Assembly (NCBI RefSeq): GCF_044704955.1
Contig: NC_091999.1
Span: 57,970,001 to 58,034,000 of the forward strand
Length of the DNA: 64,000 nucleotides
Direction of reading: 5' to 3'
Source: Pristiophorus japonicus
Taxonomy: Eukaryota
Below are positions 1 through 11,684 of this stretch, piece after piece (the stretch's first letter is position 1; every line of letters starts with the position of its first letter). The notes below the pieces were generated by a model. The model was not told the DNA's origin. It saw nothing but the letters and a program-made list of their open reading frames with translations, and made no database searches. The translations under genes were made by a program, and so were the position numbers.

Positions 1-483
1 CAGCCAGAGTCAGCACCTTCAGGGGAGGGGAACTAGTGAATGTAGAATTGAACCCAGCCAGAGTCAGCACCTTCAGGGGAGGGGAACCAATGAGTGTAGA
101 ACTGAACCCAGCCATAGTCAGTAACTTCAGGGGAGGGGAACCAGTGAGTGTAGAACTAAACCCATCCATGGTCAGTACCTTCAAGGGAGAGGAACCAGTG
201 ACAGTAGAAGTAAACCCAGCCAGAGTCAGCATCTTCAGTTGTGGGGAAAGAGGGGAGGGACGGAGGGGACCCAGTGATTGCAGAAATGACCCCAGCCAGA
301 GACCGCACCATCAGGGGAGCAGAGGTAGGGAACCAGTGAGTCCGGAACTGAACACAACCAGACTCAGCATTTTCAAGGGATGTGGGGAACCAGTGAGTGT
401 CGACCTGAACCCAGCCACAGTCAGAACATTCAGGGGAGGAGAGGGACGGGAACCAGTGAGTGTAGAACTGAACCCAACCAGAA
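1..483. repeat. Degenerate ~54-bp tandem repeat associated with the ZNF gene module
   Basis: The unit CAGCCAGAGTCAGCACCTTCAGGGGAGGGGAACCAGTGAGTGTAGAACTGAACC recurs at 1, 55, 109, 163 and onward. The 54-bp (18-codon) period explains ORF 36..506. Single copies also occur at ~10520-10550 (+) and ~17035-17075 (-). Confidence 0.85.
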
Positions 484-995
484 TTGGTGGTGAAAACTGG
501 GAGTAGAGGAGAAACAGGCTAGAAATGTGTGTTGATTTGGATTTCAGCGCTGCAGGAGGGACACTGTGTGGGATAGGGATTTACAGCTTTGGATGAACAA
601 GAGAGAAAAGAATGTTCCATGGAAACTAGATGTGTCTATCCTGAATTTGTGTCTTGTACTGACAGTGATGAGTTTTGTTATCTCCTTTTACAGCATATTA
701 GAAGGGGAGATTTTCAGACAGGAAACACAAACCAAACATCGTGTCAAGATCTGACGGAGTCAATCGATTCATCAGGACCTGAATATCATCGGCCTTTCAA
801 AGTGGAAGGAGAAATGTTTGTCTGTTCTGTCTGTGCGAAAAGATTTCAAATATCTGTGGAAAGAGCTTTAACCAGTTACACAGCCTGAAGAAACATCGCA
901 CCATTCACAGCGGGGAGAAACTGTAAACGTGTTGTGTGTGTGGGTGAGGCTTCAACTGATCGTCCAACCTGGAGAGTCACAAGGATACCCGCACC

Positions 996-2006
996 ATGGA
1001 GAAACCGTGGAAATGTGGGGACTGTGGGAAGGGATTCAGATCACCATCTGTCCTGGAAATTCATCAACACAGTCATACTGGGGAGAGGCCATTCACCTGC
1101 TCTGAGTGTGGGAAGCGATTCACTCAGTCATCCGACATGCTGAAATACCAGCGAGTTCACACTGGGGAGAGGCTGTTCACCTGCTCGGAGTGTGGGAAGG
1201 GATTCACTGCATCATCCGACCTGCTGAAACACCAGCGAGTTCACACTGGGGAGAGGCCGTTCTCCTGCTCGGAGTGTGGGAAGGGATTCATTTGTTCATC
1301 CAACCTGCTGAAACACCAGCGAGTTCACACTGGGGAGAGGCCGTTCACCTGCTGTGAGTGTGGGAAGGGATTCACTTGTTCATCCAACCTGCTGACACAC
1401 CAGCGAGTTCACACTGGGGTGAGGCCGTTCACCTGCTCTGAGTGTGGGAAGGGATTCACTCAGCCATCCATCCTGCTGACACACCAGCGGGTTCACACTG
1501 GGGAGAGGTCGTTCACTTGCTCTGAGTGTGGGAAGGGATTCACTCAGTCATCCCACCTGCAGTCACACCAGCGAGTACACACTGGGGAGAGGCCGTTCAC
1601 CTGCTCGGAGTGTGGGAAGGGATTCACTTGTTCATCCAACCTGCTGGCACACCAGCGAGTTCACACTGGGGAGAGGCCATTCACCTGCTATGAGTGTGGG
1701 AAGGGATTCACTTGTTCATCCCACCTGCTGACACACCAGGGAGTTCACACTGGGGAGAGGCCATTCACTTGCTCTGAATGTGGGAAGGGATTTACTCAGT
1801 CATCCAACCTGCTGACACACCAGCGAGTACACACTGGGGAGAGGCCGTTCACCTGCTCGGAGTGTGGGAAGGCATTTACTCAGGCATCCCACCTGCTGAC
1901 ACACCAGCGAGTTCACACTGGGGAGAGGCCATTCACCTGCTCGGAGTGCGGGAAGGGATTCACTCAGTCATCCACCCTGCTGAAACACCAGCGAGTTCAC
2001 AAGTGA
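996..2006 (+). CDS. Tandem C2H2 zinc-finger protein, 12 fingers, no KRAB/SCAN domain visible
   Basis: Open 336-aa ORF of CxxC-x12-HxxxH fingers joined by TGERPF linkers. Finger 2 has H>Y. The upstream part of the exon (candidate acceptor TTTACAG ~693) carries two decayed fingers with three in-frame stops (~925-960), so this is either N-terminally truncated or an incipient pseudogene. Confidence 0.88.
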   Translation: MEKPWKCGDCGKGFRSPSVLEIHQHSHTGERPFTCSECGKRFTQSSDMLKYQRVHTGERLFTCSECGKGFTASSDLLKHQRVHTGERPFSCSECGKGFICSSNLLKHQRVHTGERPFTCCECGKGFTCSSNLLTHQRVHTGVRPFTCSECGKGFTQPSILLTHQRVHTGERSFTCSECGKGFTQSSHLQSHQRVHTGERPFTCSECGKGFTCSSNLLAHQRVHTGERPFTCYECGKGFTCSSHLLTHQGVHTGERPFTCSECGKGFTQSSNLLTHQRVHTGERPFTCSECGKAFTQASHLLTHQRVHTGERPFTCSECGKGFTQSSTLLKHQRVHK

Positions 2007-2499
2007 CGACAGGAGTTGGATTCTGCTGTTATTGAGGCTGTTAATCATATCCTGACTGAACCATGTTCATTCTGACAGTTGGGGTTTGTCTCTGTTGATG
2101 TTAATAACCCTGTAACTGGGCTGGACTTTAATATTCTGGATATATTGCTGATTGTGTTCTCAGGGCTGCAGTGTCCATTTAAGAAACACTGTGGGTTATC
2201 TTTCCCCTTAATTCAGCAATTCTCAACATAAATTTAGTTTGCAATAAAATGATGAACTTTTACTTTAATCCTAAATTGATCTTTGGTACAAAATCTACAA
2301 TAGTGTGTGAAAGTTTCCACTGAATAAAATCTCCAATTGGAAAGAGCTTGCTGACAATTCTTAATGACTTGCTCATTACACACAGTGGCCCCTCCATATC
2401 CACCAGAAAGAAGGGGAATGGGAATTGGTGGGGAATCAGTGTACTCAAATGTTGTCCTTCCCATCTGGGTGTATCAATCCTCTCGGCACGAGAATGGAG

Positions 2500-3961
2500 A
2501 CAAGTCCAGACCAAAACTGTGCGCAGTAGCCCAGGTGTGGTCTTACAGTTGTAGCAGTACTTCTCTACTTTTAGACTCCATCCCCTTTGCAATAAAGGCC
2601 AGCTGTACCTGCATGCAAACATTTTGAGTTTCATGTACAAGAATCCCCAGATCTCTCTGTATAACAGCATTTTATAATTGTCCACATCTAAATAATAATT
2701 TGCTTTTTTTTTCCTACCAAAGGAAATCACCTGATATTTTACCACATTATAGTCCATCTGCCAGATTTTTGCCCACTCACTGAGCCTATCTATACCCCTT
2801 TGTCGATTCTTTGCGTCCTCCTCACAACTTGCTTTCCCACCTATCTTTGTACCATCGGCAAATTTGGCTGCGTTACACTCGGTCCCTTCATCCAAGTCAT
2901 TGATATAAATTGTAATTAGTTGAGGCCCCAGTACTTATCACTGCGGCACCCCACTAGTTACTGTTTGCCAACCTGAAAATGATCCATTTATCCGGACACT
3001 CTATTTTCTGTTAGTTCGACAATCCTCTATCCATGCTGATATATTATCCCCAACCCCATGAGCTCTTAGCATGTGCAGTAATATTTTGTGTGGCACCTTA
3101 TCGAATTCTTTCTGGAAATTAAAATATACAACATCAAGTGGTTCTCCCTTATCCACTCTGCTCGTTACATCCTCAAACAACTACAGCAAATTTGTCAAAC
3201 CTGATTTCTCTTTCATAAAACCATGCTATCTCTGCCTAACTGCAGTATGGTTTCCTAAATGTCCTGCTAGTACTTCCTTAATGATGAACTCGATTATTTT
3301 CCCACTGACAGCTGGTAAGCTAACTGATGTATAGTTTCCTGCTCCCTGTCTCCCTCCTTACTTGAATAGGCGTGTTACATTTGCAGTTTTCCAGTCCACT
3401 GGGACCTCTCCAGAATTCAGGGAATTTTGGTGGATTACAACCAATGCATGCATTATTTCTGCAACTAATTATTTTAAGACCCGAGGATTTATGCCGTCAG
3501 GTCCAGAGGACTTGTCCACCTTTAGTCACATTAGTTTGATTAGCACTTTATCTGTAGTGATAGTGATTGTTTTAAGTCATCCCCCCCACTCCCCCTCCGC
3601 AATAGCTCCTTGGTTATCAACTGTTGGTATGTTTCTAGTGTCCTCTACCGTGAAGCCTAATACAAAATATTAGTTCAAAATCTCTGCCATTTCCGTGTTT
3701 CCCATTAGTAATTCTCCAATGTCATCCTCTAAGCGAGCAATGTTTACTTTAGATACTCGTTTCCTTTTTATATCCCAGCAGAAGCTCTTACTGTTTGTTT
3801 TTATATTTCTTGCTAGTTTGCTCTCATCTGCTATCTTCTCTATCTTTTTCATTTTTCGTCATCCTTTGCAGGTTTCTAAAAATTCCCAATCCTCTGGCCT
3901 TCCACTGTCCTTCACAACATTATCTGCCATTTTTTCCAATTTGATACCATCCTTTACTTCC
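2500..3961 (-). mobile_element. CR1 LINE ORF2 fragment (degenerate)
   Basis: Minus-strand translation gives KFADGTKIGG...IDRLSEWAKIWQMDYNV and ARNIKTNSKSF, typical CR1 RT motifs, with frameshifts. Confidence 0.9.
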
Positions 3962-4224
3962 ATGACGACACTTGTTGCACACGTGATTGACCAGGACATG
4001 AGAAGTGTGGTTGCTCCACAACGACAGGGTTTCATCTGTTTCAACAGAAACAACTACACTGTTTTATTTCCAGAAATAATCCCCGCTGTCTGGCCTGAAT
4101 GAATCCATGTCACTACCAAATGCTGCAATGTTTCCTCCACCCCACAGAGTTCCATCTGTTTAAAGCCACGACAGAAATGTCCCATTTCCTCCTGGAGTTT
4201 GAGGGACATCAGCTTTAACAATGG

Positions 4225-4530
4225 GGCAGAGTTTCAGCCAATGAGCGAGATCCAGACCCAGCCCCGCCCACTGCGGGGCTGCAAGCCTCACCTCTCACAC
4301 AGTCTGATTGGCTGGAGGACCAACCGCCTGCCTGGTCCTCCAGCCCCGCCCCCATTCTCCCTATTGGTCGGGAGCTGCTGTCAATCAGCCAGGCAGTGTG
4401 AACTGAGCATGCACACTGGGTGAGTCAGCAGGTGAGAGATGGGCGGAGGGAGGGAGCGGGTTAATAAAGAACATGCTTATTTGTACTGCCAAAATGGCCG
4501 CCACGCCGCACCATTTGTCTATGATTGGTC
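4225..4530 (+). promoter_or_regulatory. Promoter-like island (CCAAT boxes, GC boxes, YY1 site, candidate splice donor)
   Basis: AGCCAATGA ~4237, GCCCCGCCC ~4261 and ~4343, CTGATTGGCT ~4304, CTATTGG ~4361, GGTGAGT ~4419, AAAATGGCCGCC ~4491. Confidence 0.55.
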
Positions 4531-4689
4531 CCTTGGAGGATAAGCCACACCCTGAGATTTCACTGGAATGTGTAACTGGAACCGCCCATCCCAAGGTCTC
4601 ACTGACTTTGCAAATTGAAACTTGATCCACTTTGAATTGCTGAAGTGCCAGAGGACAGAGCTCCCCATAAGATAGCAAGGGCCAGCCAA

Positions 4690-7600
4690 AGTACCTTGCC
4701 CCCATCCCAGTGCATGCCTCCCCCAGCCGAAGTGCATTACCCCAGTCCCAGTACATGCCTCCCCCAGCAGAAGTGCTTTACCCCAGTCCCAATACATGCC
4801 CCCCCCAGCAGAAGTGCTTTACCCCAGTCCCAATACATGCCTCCCCCAGCCAAAGGGGTTTACCCCAGTCCCAATACATGCCTCCCCCAGCCGAAGTGCT
4901 TTACCCCAGTCCCAATACATGCCTCCCCCAGCCGAAGGGCTTTACCCCAGTCCCAAGATATGCCTCCCCCAGACGAAGTGCCTTACACCAGTCCCAGTGC
5001 ATGCCTCACCCAGCAGAAGTGCCCGACACTAGTCCCATTGCATTTCTCCTCCCGCCGAAGTGTCTTACCACCATCCAAGTATATGCCTCCCACAGCCAAA
5101 GTGCCTTACCCCAGTCCCAGTATATGCCTCCCCAGCCGAAGTGCCTTACCAAAGTTCAAGTGCATGCCTCTCCCAGCCGAAGTGCCTTACTCCAGTCACA
5201 GTGCATGCCTCCCCCAGCCGAAGTGCCTTACCCCAGTCAGAGTGCATGCCTCCCCCAGCCGAAGTGCCTTACCCCAGTCCCAGTGCAACCCTCCACCAGC
5301 TGAAGTGCCTTACCCCAGTCCCAGTGCATGCCTCCCCCAGCTGAAGTGCCTTGTCACAGTGTGAGTGCATGCCTCCAACAGCCAAAGTATTTTACCCCAG
5401 TCGCAGTGCATGCCTTGCCCAGCCGAAGTGCCTTACCCTAATCCCAGTATATGCCTTCCCCAGCCAAAGTACCCTACCCCAGTCCCAGTGCATGCCTCCC
5501 CCGCCGAAGTGCCTTACCCCAGTCCCAGTGCATGCCTCCCCCAGCCGAAGTGCCTTATCCCAGTCCCAGTTTATGCCTCCCCCAGTTGAAGTGCCTTACC
5601 CCAGTGCCAGTGTATCCCTCCCTCAGTTGAAGCGCCTTACCCCAGTCCAGTCTATGCCTCGCCCAGCCGAAGTGCCTTACCCCAGTCCCAGTGCAACCCT
5701 CCCCCAGCTGTGGTGCCTTATCCCAGTCACAGTATGTGCCTCCCCCAGCCGAAGTGCCTTACCCCAGTCCCATTGCATGCCTCCCCCAGCAAAAGTGCCT
5801 TATCCCAGTCACAGTGCATGCCTCCCCCAACCAAAGTGCCTTATCCCAGTCACAGTGCATGCCTCCCCCAGCTGAAGTGCCTTAGCCCAGTCCCAGTGCA
5901 TGCCTCCACCAGTTGAAGTGCCTTACCCCAGTCCCAGTGCATGCCTCCACCAGCCGAAGTGCCTTATCCCAGTCCCAGTTTATGCCTCTCCCAGTTGAAG
6001 TGCCTTACCCCAGTGCCAGTGTATCCCTCCCTCAGTTGAAGCGCCTTACCCCAGTCCAGTCTATGCCTCGCCCAGCCAAAGTGTCTTACCCCAGTCCCAG
6101 TGCAACCCTCCCCCAGCTGTGGTGCCTTATCCCAGTCACAGTATGTGCCTCCCCCAGCCGAAGTGCCTTACCCCAGTCCCATTGCATGCCTCCCCCAGCC
6201 AAAGTGCCTTATCCCAGTCACAGTGCATGCCTCCCCCAACCAAAGTGCCTTATCCCAGTCACAGTGCATGCCTCCCCCAGCTGAAGTGCCTTAGCCCAGT
6301 CCCAGTGCATGCCTCCACCAGTTGAAGTGCCTTACCCCAGTCCCAGTGCATGCCTCCACCAGTTGAAGTGCCTTAGCCCAGTCCCAGTGTCAGTTGAAGT
6401 GCCTTAGCCCAGTCCCAGTGCATGCTTCCCCCAGCCGAAGTACCTTACCCAAGTCACAATATATGCCTCCCCCAGCCGAAGTAGCGTTTCTCAGTGCAAA
6501 TGCATGCCTCCATCAGCCAAAGTACCCTACCCCAGTCCCAGTATATGCCTCACCCAGCCAAAGTGCCTTACCCCAGTCCCAGGGTATCCCTCCCCAGCTG
6601 AAGTGCCTTAGACCGGTCCCGGTGGAAGCCTCCCGCAGTTGAAGTGCCTTATTCCAGACCCAGTGTATCCCTCCCACAGTTGAAGTGCCTTTCCTCCAGT
6701 CAAAGTGTATTGCTCCCCAGCCGAAGTTTCTTACTCCAGTCCCAGTGTATGCCTCCCCCAGTTGAAGTGCCTTACCCCAGTGCCAGTTTATCCCTCCCCC
6801 AGTTGAAGTGCCTCCCCCAGCCATTGTGCCTTACCCCAGTCCCAGTGCATGCCTCCTCAGCCAAAGTGCTCTAACCCAATCCCAGTATATGCCTCCCCCA
6901 GCTGTAGTGCCTTAATTCAGTCCTAGTGTAACCCTCCCTCTGTTGAAGTGCCTTACCCCAGTCCCAGTGTATGCCTCCCGCAGTTGAAGTACCTTGTTCC
7001 TGTCCCAATGTATCCCTCCCACATTTGAAGTGCCTTACCCCAGTCCAAGTATATACCTCCCCCAGTTGAAGAGCCTACCCCGAGTCCCAGTGCATGCCTC
7101 CCCGAGTTGAAGTGCATTGTTACAGTCCCAGTGCATCCCTCCCCAGCCGAAGTACCTTACCCCAGTCCCACTGTATCCCTACCCAGATGCAGTGCCTTAC
7201 CCCAGTCCCAGTACATGCCTCTCCCAGTTGAAGTGCCTTACTCCAGTCCGAGTGCACACCTCTGCCAGCCGAAGTCGCTTACACCCGTCCCAGTGCATGC
7301 CTCTCCCAGCCAAAATGCCTTGTCCCAGTCCCAGTATATGCCTCCACCAACCAAAGTGCCTTAAACCAGTCACAGTTTATGCCTATCCCAGCCAAAGTGC
7401 CTTACCCCAGACCCAGTGCACACCTCCCCCACAACCGAAGTCCCTTACCCCATCCCAGTGCATGCCTCCCCCAGCCGAAGTGCCTTGCCACAGTATGAGT
7501 GCATGCCACCCCCAGCCAAAGTATTTTACCCCAGGCGCAGTGCATGCCTTGCCCAGCCGAAATGCCTTACCCCCATTGCAGTGCTTGCCTCCCCCAGCCG

Positions 7601-9490
7601 AAGTACCCTACCCCATTCCCAGTATATTCTCCACCAGCCGAAGTGCCTTACCCTAGTCCCAGTGCATGCCTCCCCCAACCGTAGTGCCTTATCCTAATCC
7701 CAGTGTATCCCTCCCCCAATTGAAGTGCCCTTAACACAGTCTCAGTTTATGCCTCCCCCATTTGAAGTGTCTTATTCCAGACCCAGTGTAGCCCTCCCAC
7801 AGTTGAAGTGCCTTTCCTCCAGTCCCAGTGTATCCCTCCACCAGTTGAAGTGTCTTACTCCAGTCCCAGTGTTAGCATCCCCCAGTTGAAGTGCCTTACC
7901 CCAGTCCCAGGGTATCCCTCCCAGCTGAAGTGCCTTTGCCCAGTCCTGGTGTAAGCCTCCCGCAGTTGAAGTGTCTTATTCCAGACACAGTGTATCCCTC
8001 CCACAGTTGAAGTGCCTTTCCTCCAGTCACATTGTATCGCTCCCCAGCCAAAGTTTCTTACTCCAGTCCCAGTGTATGCCTCCCTCAGTTGAAGTGCCTT
8101 ACCCCAGTGCCAGTTTATCCCTCCCCCAGTTGAAGTGCCTTACCCCAGTGCCAGTTTATCCCTCCCACAGTTGAAGTGCCTTACCCCAGTCCCAGCGCAT
8201 GCCTCCCCCAGTTGAAGTACCTTGTTATTGTCCCAATATATCCCTCCCACATTTGAAGTACCTTACCCCAGTCCCAGTGTATCCCTCCCCAGCCGAAGTA
8301 CCTTACCCCAGTCCATGTGTATCCCTCCCCCAGTTGAAGCACCTTGTTCCTGTCCCAATGTATCCCTCCCACATTTGAAGTGCCTTACCCCAGTCCCAGT
8401 GTATCCCTCCCCAGCCGAAGTACCTTACCCCAGTCCATGTGTATCCCTCCCCCAGTTGAAGTACGTTGTTCCTGTCCCAATGTATCCCTCCCACATTTGA
8501 AGTGCCTTACCCCAGTCCCAGTGTATTCCTCCCCAGCCGAAGTGCCTTACCCCAGTCCCAGTGCATGCCTGCCCTAGTTGAAGTGCCTGAACCCAGTCCC
8601 AGTGCATGCCTACCCTAGTTGAAGTGCCTTAACCCAGTCCCAGTGCATGCCTACCCTAGTTGAAGTGCCTTAACCCAGTCCCAGTGCATGCCTGCCCAAG
8701 TTGAAGTGCCTTAACGCAGTCCCAGTGCATGCTTACCCGAGTTGAAGTGCCTTACCCCAGTCCCAATGTATCCCTCCCCCAGCCGATGTGTCTTACCCCA
8801 GTCCCAATGTATCCCTCCCCCACCGATGTGCCTTACCCCAGTCCCAATGTATCCCTCCCCAGCTGAAGTGCCTTACCCCAGTCCCAATGTATCCCTCCCC
8901 CACCGATGTGCCTTACCCCAGTCCCAATGTATCCCTCCCCCAGTTGAAATGCCTTACCACAGTCCCAATGTATCCCTCCCCCAGTTGAAATGCCTTACCC
9001 CAGTCCCAATGTATCCCTCCCCCACCGATGTGCCTTTTCCCAGTCCCAATGTATCCCTCCCCCAGTTGAAGTGCCTTACCCCAGTCCCAGTGCATGTGTC
9101 CCCGACCCGATGTGCCTTACCCCAGTCCTAGTGCATGTCTCCCCCAGCCGATGTGCCTTACCCCAGTCCTAGTGCATGTCTCCCCCAGCCGATGTGCCTT
9201 ACCCCAGTCCTAGTGCATGTCTCCCCCAGCCGATGTGCCTTACCCCAGTCCTAGTGCATGTCTCCCACAGCCGATGTGCCTTACCACAGTCCTAGTGCAT
9301 GTCTCCCCCAGCCGATGTGCCTTACCACAGTCCTAGTGCATGTCTCCCCCAGCCGATGTGCCTTACCCCAGTCCCAGTGCATGTCTCCCCCAGCCGATGT
9401 GCCTTACCCCAGTCCCAGTGCATGTCTCCCCCAGCCGATGTGCCTTACCCCAGTCCCAGTACATGTCTCCCCCAGCCGAAGTGCCTTCCT
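4690..9490. repeat. 41-bp C-rich/G-rich minisatellite, ~4.8 kb
   Basis: The unit CCCAGTCCCAGTGCATGCCTCCCCCAGCCGAAGTGCCTTAC is repeated over 100 times with regional variants. It produces all the Pro-rich ORFs in this interval. Confidence 0.97.
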
Positions 9491-9774
9491 CAAGTCCTAT
9501 TTCCCTGCACCACCTGCATGGAATGATTCGGGCTAGGAGGGGGCGGGGCTTGCCGCTTGTCAATCACAAAGTGCAGAACCAATAGTTTTCTGGGTTAATA
9601 AACCCGGGGAGTGAGTGGGGTCACACAGCCCGAGTGTGGGCCCAGGCCCGAGAGACAACACTCCGCACCATCCGCTTCACACACACCTGGGCTCGTCCCC
9701 AGGCCCAGAATCACAGCCTGCAGACCCCGTGTTTACCCACCGGTAACAGACACGGTCAATGAGCGTCCGGGGGA

Positions 9775-10012
9775 GTGGGCTCAGCGGCCATCATCTTGGT
9801 CAGGGCGGGGCGAGCGGGCTCAGCGGCCGCCATACTGGTCAGGGTGGAGGGAGCGGGCTCAGTGGCCGCCATCTTCGCCATCTTGGTCATGGTGGAGGGA
9901 ACGGGCTCAGCGGCCGCCATCTTGGTCATGGTGGGGGGGTGGGAGATGGGCTGAGCGGCCGCCATCTTGGCCAGGTTGGAGGGAGCGGGCTTAGCGGCCG
10001 CCATCTTGGTCT
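9775..10012 (-). promoter_or_regulatory. Tandem array of YY1 consensus sites (~39-bp unit) in a CpG-rich patch
   Basis: About 6 copies of GAGCGGGCTCAGCGGCCGCCATCTTGG; the minus strand reads CAAGATGGCGGC, the YY1 consensus. Followed by NRF1-like GCGCATGCG ~10027 and a GC box ~10063. Confidence 0.7.
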
Positions 10013-10169
10013 GGGCGGATCTCGCGGCGCATGCGTGGCTTTTTCAGCAGGGACAATGGGTGGGCGGGGCTTCAGGTTGTCTGTCAGTTTGATTGGACCA
10101 GATGTTTGTGACCAGGTCAGTGGCCCCTGAAAGGGAGTCTTCTTGTGCTGATTGTTGCCTGGTGACTCT

Positions 10170-10460
10170 AGGCCAGCCCGACTCACCTTATTGGGCCAGC
10201 CTGGGCTCAACCGATTGGGCCAGCCTGGGCTCAACCTATTGGGCAGCCTGGGCTCACCCTATTGGTCCAGCCCAGGATCTTACTATTGGGCTAGCATGGG
10301 CTCATCCAATTGGGCAAGCACGGGCTGACCCTATTGGGCCAGCACGGCCTCACCCTATTGGGCCACTCAATTGCACTCTTTTGGGCCAGCCCAGGCTCAG
10401 CCTACTGGCCAGCCCGGGCTCACCTTATTGGGGCAGCATGGGTTCACCCTATTGGACCAG
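10170..10460. repeat. ~24-bp tandem repeat, most units containing an inverted CCAAT box
   Basis: The unit CCTATTGGGCCAGCCCGGGCTCAC recurs about 11-12 times, with ATTGG in most copies. Confidence 0.8.
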
Positions 10461-10519
10461 CACAAAAGACGCAGTGTCCAGCAGAGAGAATCAGCAGCTC
10501 ATTGATTTTATTCTCACTC

Positions 10520-10810
10520 TGCGCACAGCGGGTGCAGAATTGAACCCAACCTTGTAAACTGGAAATGCATCATCACAGTCACATTGGGGAGAGGACGTTC
10601 ACCTGCTCTGATTGTGGGAAGTGATTCACTCAGTCATCCAACCTGCTGACACACCAGCGAGTTCACAAGTGACTGCAGGGGTTAGATTCTGCTGTTATTG
10701 CTGGTGTTAATGGCTTCCTGACTGAATCTTGTTTCTTGTGTTGGTTGGAATTTGTTTCTGCTGATGTGAATAACCCCTATAACTGGGCTGGAGTTTAATA
10801 ATTTGATATT
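10520..10810 (+). pseudogene. Collapsed C2H2-ZNF paralog (end of finger 1, terminal finger and 3' UTR)
   Basis: Translates as [36 protein letters not shown], followed by a 3' UTR homologous to 2007-2145. Confidence 0.8.
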
Positions 10811-11097
10811 TTAAATAACAGAGTGTGTCGATATTTGATGTCTCCAAGATAAGAGGGGACTAAGTTATTTCCTGTTACCGACTGCACCATTTTGTGCATT
10901 TTCTACTTTCTAATTCTCCATTATTTCAGTCTCATATCTTTGGTTACTCTCAGGGACAAGTCCCAGTTCCTCTTACCTTCCAGAGTACCTCTCCTTGCCT
11001 TGGTATCGAGCAAAGGTGTCAGAAACACGCCCGGGATCACTAAACACAATACACCGTCTCTTAATCACTTTCAGATACTGGACTGAGTGTGTGCCCC

Positions 11098-11663
11098 TGT
11101 TGGAGCGGATTTTTGGACATATACTTGATTAGTATACGGGACCAAATATTTGTTTTTATTTTCCCCTTGAATAAATTTTGTAAGGGACAATACTGATGCA
11201 TTATGCTTTATATAAAAAAAGCGCAGTTAGACTTCAAGGTATGCTGGCCTTGAGTTATGGAGATAGGAAAGTGAGATAATGAACGACTGGAGAGATAAGT
11301 GGGGGTATGTTTGTTTATACCGGTGCCAAAAAGCCTGCCACTTGTTTTTTTGTTGATAAAAGGAGAACTAGTCCTCTTGGATGTATATAATTCCTGTCAC
11401 AATGCGAGGCTGGTTTATATCAAGAGCTCAGCCTTGGACAGTAATTGTATGAAAAGCTTTGTAAACCTTGTAATGCGATGATTGGACTTAAGGACGTGAT
11501 GTAAAGTGACATAATTTGTAAGATAAAAAATTTCACTGTAGATATCAAATTGAGAAGCTGGTTCAAAGACAGGGGTCTCTAACACTTCTCCCAAAGCTTT
11601 GTCTCCGATTTAATAAACCTCTCTTTATATATTATACAGTCTCGGAAATATTTTTCCACAACA
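11098..11663 (+). repeat. ERV 5' LTR
   Basis: Starts TGTTG and ends CAACA. TATA-like GTATATAA ~11383, AATAAA ~11611. Direct repeat of 15839-16410. Confidence 0.95.
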
Positions 11664-11666
11664 AAA

Positions 11667-11684
11667 TGGCGTCACAAACAGGAT
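11667..11684 (+). promoter_or_regulatory. Primer-binding site, tRNA-Ser(CGA)-like
   Basis: TGGCGTCACAAACAGGAT lies 3 nt after the LTR. It differs at one base from TGGCGTCACGAACAGGAT, the complement of the 3' end of a vertebrate tRNA-Ser(CGA) as I recall it. Confidence 0.7.

Noticed and set aside
36-506. 156-aa repetitive ORF
   Set aside because: It is a translation of the 54-bp tandem repeat with no domain signal.
4690-9490. CRISPR array or Ig switch region
   Set aside because: There are no unique spacers and the DNA is eukaryotic. The array lies over 40 kb upstream of V rather than in the J-C intron.
4385-9585. Numerous Pro/Ser/Cys-rich ORFs (extensin- or mucin-like)
   Set aside because: They are translations of the 41-bp minisatellite in all frames. 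The unit is not a multiple of 3 and there is no gene structure.
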